A stretch of DNA of 64,000 bases from Lepidodermella squamata (lineage: Eukaryota > Animalia > Gastrotricha), in NCBI GenBank assembly GCA_047495785.1, contig JBLDXI010000003.1:1240001-1304000 (forward strand), read 5' to 3'. The notes beneath the pieces were generated by a model, which did no database searches, was not told the origin of the DNA, and saw only the letters and a program-made list of their open reading frames with translations. This document shows positions 50,201 through 64,000 of the stretch, piece by piece (positions within the stretch are counted from its first letter, which is position 1; the number at the start of each line of letters is the position of its first letter). The translations under genes were made by a program, and so were the position numbers.

Positions 50201-53200
50201 ATCCGTCGGCGTCGGCGGGATACTACACTATCACAGCTATTGAAGATACTACAGGGTCGTCTTGCACAGCGTCGAATTCCATACAGATTGGCACAAAAGT
50301 CTACTACGCTGCAAGTACATCGGCTATGACTTCGGGATCCAACATTTGTGACTCGGCCGGGTGCGGGGCGAGAACAGACCTTCAAGGGGTAATTTTTCGA
50401 TTGAGGCGGCCTAATAATTATTTTTATTTTCAGCTGACACACGTACGATGTAAACCGGAGGCTGATGTGCCTTTCTGCAGACCAAAATACAATACCCCTA
50501 GCGGTTGCCCTGGTACTGAGCCAAGAGTTCCGGTAAGATTTACGAAAAAGATTCATCATTGCCCGTTTTTAGCAGTCATTCGGAATAAATTGTGGCCCCA
50601 TTGCCACCGTTCAGCTGCTTATAATTCTCTTTTCGGTACCCTAAATTCAGATACCAAATCCAGCGTAATGGCTTGAAATTAGCTTGAAATATGGATATTT
50701 AGAATTAAGAATATTAATTCTTCGAGATAGCCGCTATCTTTGTTAGATTATTATAACGATATATGTACTTTCACCATTTTAGAGTGCTTCAACCGTAACT
50801 TATTCCAAATACGATGATTGCGCCGCCGCTAGATATGTGAGTTGGCATTTGATTTCAAGCACCCTTAATAAATGATCATTTGTTCGGCCTGGCCTCCTCA
50901 GCAAGTGAAGCAGTGCTACGTCAACTCTCGTTAGTTGAATTTTTCCAAGTGATCATCTTTTTGCACTCCCTCGATGAATTGTTTAGAAACTACTTCAGAC
51001 GCGCCAGCGTTTTACTCTATTGCGTATACTCACGATGCATTGGCCAGTCCAGGTTGCCCTGCCGGAAGTTCGAATTATGGCGTGAGTTTCTTATTTATTC
51101 TGTCGCAATTCCTTTCGGTTATCTCATGTGAACAAAGGTTACCGCGCCTGTGAGCAGCACAGCTTCTAACACTGTTCCTGCGGCGAATCAGTACGACGGT
51201 TCTTTCTCGGTTAGATTATCACTATTTCATTCAATTAGTTGATTACAATTTTGATATAGGTGAATCATGTTAGGTGCCGCTTCACAGCTTCCAGCACAAC
51301 TTACGTGGTATGCCGGCCGCAACTAACAGGTGGGGATAATTTGAGTGGATGTCCATCTGGCGAGACCCTGGTTCGTCCTATACCTTCGATTCTTTCTCTT
51401 CAACGTTTAAATTGTAACAGACTCTTCAAGAGTACACCCCTGCTTCTATGAGCACTCTATCTGGCTGCAACGCCGCGAGATATGTATTTATTTCAGTGAT
51501 TTTGTCATCCGAGTTTGACAATAGTATATCCTAGGTCGTTAAAATGTGCTATGATTCTTCGGTGTCTACATCGACGTACCTACAATGCTCGCAAGATTAC
51601 GCGTGCTCAGCGACGAATGTAATTTTCGCTATGCTTCAACTTCTCAAACTAGTCTTTTGTTTTTCCATCAAGCTGAAATTCTTCCCCGCCACATTATCGG
51701 CTGATGCCACCTCTGCCTGCACGTTAGACACTTCGGTGAGGAGCAATTGAGATTTTAGTGCTAGATACAGAAAATTCTAAGGCTTGAGAATAGAGCAACC
51801 TTTCACCTGTTCGGCTTTTTCAGATAAGATTCATGCGTTGCCGCCGTGTTACGCCGGCCCTCGGATTTTCAGGTCACATCTGCAGGCCCTACAGTGACGG
51901 ATGTATAAACAGTGGCGGTGTAACTGAAGTTCGGGTAAGTTTTTCGCAATTCTTCGGCTTTCAGTCTCACCAATGTTTCTCATCCGCCATAAGCTCATAC
52001 CATACGATACATCTGGCCTGAGTTACGGCGATTGCCTGTCATACATCGTGAGTGTTTCTCATAATATTTCGGCAAGATTTGTTTGTATCTTCGTTCAGAG
52101 TATCATCAGCTGCTACCGAACAACCTCGAAAGTGAACTATCTGCCGGGCGTCAGCTCCACGACTACTCCGTTCACTTGCGTTAATGATTACGCGACTTGC
52201 ACCGGTAACAACATTCAGGTAGGTACAGTAATAGAGGCTGTAGAAACCATCTCTCGAATTTACCCCTTTTTGGCTGAAATGCTTATCCCAAGTATTTGTC
52301 ATAAAGATACTGCAACCTTCTGTGACATTGTTTAGCTACCCTTCGCGTTCCAATCGAATGAGGTTGGCGCATCTGGCACCGCGACAACAGCTTGCACGTC
52401 TTACATTGGTTCGACGACCTCTTCGCTGTTGCCATATCTCAACGCTAACAGCTGGATTCGATGCTTGAAACCGACCGGCACGGCTGGTGTATCCTGGATC
52501 ATTTGCCGGCCAGCTGTTCAATTCAGCGACTGTTACACGACTTTAGTGAAATACCCCGATGGCGTAACCGCTGGTGATGAAACCAAAGTAAGATTATTCT
52601 CAAATTCTCAACATCTGAAAGTCTAAATGTTCAAGCTCTTTCCTTGCGTAATTTATGTAAATTCTTGATTTGATAATCTCACTTCAGGATGGGGCGACAT
52701 TTGGAACGGTACAAGCGTGCATTACGGGCTTTAGCGGAACGGTAAGGACATCGCAGAGCCATACTTCAATACTTCAATGTGACATAATGCTTTCATTGTT
52801 ATTCAGGCTCGCTGCTGCTGCACATCTGGTGGTTCGACAACAATGACTGGCACGTGGGCGGCTGCTAACACTGGCGCCTGCAATTGTGGCACCGATACAC
52901 CTGTAATAATAATTTTTAACTCATTAGCAAACCCCATAGAGAATAGAGTTAACATATTTTGGTAACTCTATTCTCTGTGGCAGACCCCTATAAAAAAGGC
53001 GAAAGCGACCCAATTGTTTGAGAAATTCTGGAACACGCGCAACGGCGTCAATGGGAACGCTCAACAAATCGGGCCGTTTTTATGTCAAAATGAAATTTAG
53101 ATTGTCTATGGATTGAATATTGAATTCTCACGCGCATAAATATCAATAGAAAATAACAAGGGCCGGTTAGCAGGTAAAATAATCTGCTTAGGTACAATAA

Positions 53201-53510
53201 CAAGGAAGGAAATTAATATTTTAGCAATCAAGAAATTACTATTTTCATATGCCATGTACATGCGCGCACTAAATTTTGCGTATCTACGTGGAAAAATCCC
53301 GCTCACAACTTCGTGTGCACGTGAAAAAATTGCTATTCGCGCAAGAACGCAATTTTCTATGGCAAATTATCTGAGTTTTGGTATAAAAACCTCTTTACAG
53401 CGGAAATTCACTGGTCGTAAAACTAATTCGTTCTCTGTATTTCATTTCAGGCCAGAGTAGGCGAATACTTTTCAGCAGCATCTGGAACCTCATGCTCTGG
53501 AATCCCGTAA
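44248..53510 (+). CDS. Giant secreted cysteine-rich repeat protein C (more divergent paralog)
   Basis: MLLDWLIGVA|LCFGAASAC signal peptide and the same repeat order as A and B. Ends RCCC..CNCG..ARVGEYFS..CSGIP, TAA 53508-53510; AATAAA ~53603. Confidence 0.8.
52934..52980. repeat. Short hairpin repeat (related copy at ~38084-38125)
   Basis: ccatagagaatagagtta-loop-taactctattctctgtgg; a similar catagagaacagagtta..taactctattatg lies in a gene B intron. Confidence 0.5.
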
Positions 53511-54288
53511 AGTGATCAGCAAACCGATGACTAAGATGCATACATAGTTGTATCACGACTGCAAAGAAAGCAAACCTTGCCTATTTCATGCCATTTCTTA
53601 AGAATAAAATTGTATCTTTGTTCAAATACTTGTTATTGAAAAGCAAACTTGATTATTTGACCGCTTTTCGCGGAATTTGTTCGAAAGCAGGATGTTATTT
53701 TCAGCACCTATAAACATGTCTCGAAACTGCAGGATGTGTCCCGTTACTTTTTTCTGGGGATGGTTGCGTAATACCTAATAATTAAGCGTGAGCTGCTGCA
53801 TGGAGAGAAGGATGGCACCAGAATCGCGTCTCGGGTCTCGTTTTTTCAATTTTTCTCTGCTTATTCTTTATTTTCCAAAATTCAACCGGGAGTATTTGTA
53901 AAACTTTCATACATTCTCGGAAAAAACAAGGAAAATCCCGATTGCGATTCATTTGTAGATTATGGGGGTTGTGATCGAAGAGTGCATAATTTAGGGTATT
54001 TTTTGCCTTTTTCGAACAAATTATACCTTTTTGAAACAAATTTGTTTCAGATTTTTACCGCACAAAATGAATATTTTCTTCAAGGGTGAAAGCAAACTGC
54101 CTTGTTGCGTAGGTAATAGAGCTAAATGGCGTAACAATACCGAGGCTGATCATAGAGACTCATTTTCAGCATTGTGGACTCGCGAATAACGATGAGTCAA
54201 CACTTCAAAGCCTCTCGAATTTAAAAAAATGGCGCAAAATCTCACTTGAAAATAATAGTGACAAAATTGACCTACGATCAAACTAAAG

Positions 54289-54642
54289 CAGCGGTTCCCA
54301 AACTGTGTCATACGCGCCACTCGTGGCATCTGAGAGGTCTTGAGTGGCACGCGTGCCACTAGTGGCATCGGGAGCTTTTTCCGTCAATCCCGGGAAACCC
54401 ACCTTAAAATCAGCAAAAATTCACCGAAATCAGCCTGAATTCACCTAAGTGTCATGAAAATTAGCGAGTCTATAAGCAAGACGCTTGGTCAGTTTCGTTC
54501 TTCGCATTAATTAGTCGTCATTGTATTAGCACTGTATTTGACTTTTCACTAGTTTTTCCCTTCATTTATGATAGGTGGCATATGGGGAACTGCGGGATGC
54601 CACTCCTATGTGGCAGCCGCCAAAAAAGTTTGGGAACCACTG
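54289..54642. mobile_element. hAT (Buster/Charlie-type) MITE
   Basis: TIR cagcggttcccaaact / agtttgggaaccactg. Perfect 8-bp TSD aactaaag with a central TA. Sub-terminal gccac/gtggca repeats. Confidence 0.85.
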
Positions 54643-57472
54643 AACTAAAGCGGTTCAAGAACTAAACCAGGTGTCTACATCATCGTCACGGCCTGATTAA
54701 TTATTCGGTTTCAAGTAGTTGTCGTTCGATTTCACCTTCAAGTGAGCATCGCTTCATAAGATCACCGTCGAAAAAGGATTTTATCAGCTCTATAGGCTGA
54801 TATTTGATAGGCTAATTCAGGGGCGGCGTAACCAGGAATTTTTTGGTTGTTCCTATGGGTTCTTATCAGATAGCGAAGGACCGCGAGGGAGGGTAGGGAT
54901 CATCCCCATCAGTTCCATCGTTCCGTATGGTGAGCTCATAAAATGATCAAATGGGGAACCCTAATGTCGACTTTTGTAATCCCTGACAGTTCCACGCGGT
55001 CCTACTTCGCTCTATGGTTCTTATGGATTTGATAGGATAATTTGCAGGATATAAGGATAGAAATTTGCATTTTTGTTAGGATAATCCTAGGCCGGCGAGT
55101 GCCGATTTTCAAATAGGAAATATTGAAAATATCGAGATTTCGAGCGAAGCGAAAAATTTCCTCCACGTTTTACAAGTAATTTTTGCCATTTTGCCAGAAT
55201 TAATAGCCCAAAGATGGGATTTTGAGTTTTTGTTTTGGTAGTTGTTTGAACAACCAAAACAACCAGCTGGTTACGTCCCTGGGCTAATAGCAGAGGAGAC
55301 TTGCACTCAATCTTGCTACCGTATAATACCGATTGCTCACTTGAAGCCTTCTGATCAAAATGGAAGTCGTATGCCATTTTCAGACTGCATTTCCTCAATG
55401 CTATCTAACGGTACCCCACTCATGGGATATTTACCTTACCATCTTCGATTTTTGGTTTGTTGAAGCCATTTTGGCGCGTCAAAGTCGCGCCACCAGCTGA
55501 AGTAATCTGAGGGTATTCATTTTGTCTATTTATTTAGTGATTCGTGATTTTGAAAATAACGAAAATTCCCAGATTTTCTGGTTCCTGGTTTAATGAATGA
55601 CCCTCTGTCTTATTGTTTTGAAAACAATTCTTATTATTCGAGTATTAGGTATCCTGTCACCTCGAGTAAATGAGCTTTGTTATTATTACGGCTGCTCATC
55701 ATCATCACCATCTTCCTCTTATGAATAGACGGCTGCTGTATGTGAGTGTAATAAAGCTCTACGATCATTTAACGTGACCTCATCTCATCGTGACACGCAA
55801 CAGGCCACGCGCTTTATTAGTGGAGAAGTTTGCTGCTACATACTCGTGCGTAGTACATTCATGCGACCGAGTGGCTGCCAAAAAATTTTTTGTTCACTAA
55901 GCTTGTTTACGACCGACCGAACGAACGAAGACGGCGTGGCAGATGGAGAGCAATTGTTACAGACAGAAAGTTCGCTCTTCCAGCTCGAACATCTTGCTAA
56001 CTCTTCTTGTTCCTTATCAAACCCAATTGAAAGCCTTAAGGCAGATTCATAAGCCTTCCCGCATTCAGGCAGCCGGAATTTTGATTATTTCACTCGTAAA
56101 TGACCTTATTATTGTCCGATCTCGTTTTAAGCATTGATTAATTCAGCTTCCGATTTCCTACTTTGAGGATTTCGATGAGCCCCCCGCGATCTAGCTGATT
56201 CACGTCCATTATGTCCAATTTTTTCAAACGTGGCCCATTTGGGGGATATCTCCCTACAATTGATTCCATCTTTAGTACTGAGGTCGAATTCGATTCCACC
56301 ATCAATTGTAATCTTCGGGAGCTGAAGCTCTGAAAACTCAACAAAAGCTCGAAAAGAGGGTACTAAACCACGTGATTTTAGGTGAAATTATTTCCATTTG
56401 GCAGATCACATGGTAAACTGTTTTGCAGGCATTGCCTCTGTCAATATTTTCACTTCGATCCTTTCGTTTTGTTTCTAAAAGTCAAGCCCTTTGGAAATTT
56501 TATGGCCAATTTTAGCTAAAAGGTGAAATGGAATCGTCATTTTTTTAAACTGCAGTGACTGAATTTTCTAAATTTAATTTGATTTAATTTGAAAATTACA
56601 CGTTGCTAGACTTTGAATGTTATCTGTCATTTAGTACCCTCTGAAATGTTCGAATTTTTTTGTATTATTCTCTCAAAATTGAAGAAAAAAATGTATTACA
56701 GCGTGTCCCAGAAATTGCGCTACTATTTGTTATTTCAGCAACGTATTGTAGGAAATTCAACCAATTTCTAAAATTAAAGCTGCTGAGACAATTCCAACTT
56801 TTAAAAAAACAATTTACCGTAGAAAACCCGGAAAACCGCGATCGTATCTAGTTCGGTAATTTTCGGTATTTTACCCGGTCGGACCAAATTTCTCGGGAGT
56901 TTTTTAATCCCATTAACTTTATTACTATTCTCGTCATTTGTTTTCAAATTTTTCCAACATTTTTCTGACCATGAGATGTGACGCCGTCTCTCATTTTGGA
57001 GTTTTTTACCCTTTTTCGTGTATATTCTTTGTATGCGCTGCTTATAGGACACGCTGTAGTTAGTCATTAACCTAAAAATCGGGTTTGTTTTTAGCCTTTC
57101 TTAAATTATTAAGAAATTAAACTTTCAAATGCGAATTTTGAAATGTGGAATGCTTTTCAAATTTGCCTGCTATTTCTTTTAGGTTAATCACTAAGGTCAT
57201 AAAGAATTTGGGAATATCAGCAGTAATTGGGGAAAAAGCAGGAATTACCTTGTTCGCCTTTTATTTTTTTTTGGAACATTCGGAAAAAAATTCCGATTTT
57301 CGTCGCAAAATAGTTATTTTCTTAAGTTTTTTGTTTTGAAAATTCGCGAAACATTGAGTTCACATGCATTCGAATTTTGAAATTTTATCATTTAGTTATA
57401 GCTTATAGCTCAAGCGATCATGGTTTTCTTGTGTTTTTCTAGTTATTGATTGTGTTTGAGATTAATTGATTA

Positions 57473-62977
<5,505 letters not shown>

Positions 62978-64000
62978 CGATAGATTAAGAAGCCGAAAGA
63001 GCGGCAGGAGGATTGTTGCAGGGATGAATTGAAGGAACAGCTTTAAGAAACACTACTCCCAGCTTTGTTTTGTTTTCCGCCTAGAAATCTTTAAAAATTA
63101 TTTGAAAACCTCATTATGCGATATGCCTCTTGCAATAAAATAGCTTTATTTGAGAATTGACGATTTTTTGCTTGAAACTTCTGTACGGTTCAATTCATAA
63201 TTTTTATTCCTAAAAACTATTCCGAATTATCTCGATGATCGGCGGAATTTGCTTCACGAGAGGGATGAGAGACTTACCGCCAAGCCCCTATGACTAAGGA
63301 CTATAGGTTGGATAGCCTTCAGGACGGGCAATCTGAAAATAGCATACGACTACCATTTTGTTCGGGGTTCGGGCAGTGCTGAGCAGTCTGCAGAAGGCCT
63401 GCAGAAAATAGAGAATTTCCATCATTTCCCCGTTACTTCACCTGCTATTCAATGTCCCGAGATAGGATGTATGACTGTGAATAGTACACAGCCGTGATGG
63501 CCTTTTCTTGAGCTATCCAACGGTCTTCGCCTTACCACCTTCGACTTTTGATATGCCTAAATCATCCCAGTCACCAAATTATTTCTGGGTTCTGAGTAAA
63601 AGTGGCTGATTATGGAAAGCATTCGAATCGAATGGCATGGTCTTTTCGAAAGGATGAGAACGTAATTTATTTATTTAATTTTACTTGTAACCATCCCCGA
63701 GGCGATTATAGCAAAAAAAAAACAGAAAAAAGTAGATACTAGTAAAAGTGGTTTCGATGCAGAGGACCTTTGGCGATGCTGATTAACGGCAGAGGATCCG
63801 CGGTCCGTGTGTCGGATTTACCTTCTGTGAACAGGCTTTATGGTCAGCGAATGGGGGGCTCTGTAGCATTGGGTTGGGTATTAGCTTTTTTTTTTTTATG
63901 AAACAACAGACAGTTAAGACAATAAACTGGACAGGAAACTTGAATTTATTAAAATAAATGAAATCAATACATTATTAGCTCTAAAACAGGGTGATAAGTG

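Overview
This is eukaryotic (invertebrate) genomic DNA, not prokaryotic. Nematode origin is an inference from the ~50-nt GT-AG introns and frequent TTTCAG acceptors. The ORF track is fragmented by splicing, so gene models were rebuilt by hand. There are three blocks, all on the + strand. (1) 1-14.4 kb: a tight tandem cluster of 8 genes. Five complete genes encode signal peptide + 2-4 Sushi/CCP-like modules + Thr/Ser-rich linker + exactly 7 ankyrin repeats, with no transmembrane segment. Two genes are CCP-only and one is a truncated ankyrin 3' end. The ankyrin domains carry a co-varying four-cysteine motif. (2) 16-53.5 kb: three tandem paralogous genes of ~50 micro-exons each. They encode very large secreted proteins built from ~15 copies of a Cys-rich repeat (HxRC..VCRPD..C / CY..GYDH..C) that I cannot assign to a known family; nearly all introns are phase 0. 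(3) 57.5-63 kb: a 7-exon tryptophan 2,3-dioxygenase gene with a clearly different base composition. Several non-autonomous DNA transposons (hAT, Mutator-like, Harbinger-like and a 4-bp-TSD family) lie in introns and intergenic DNA.
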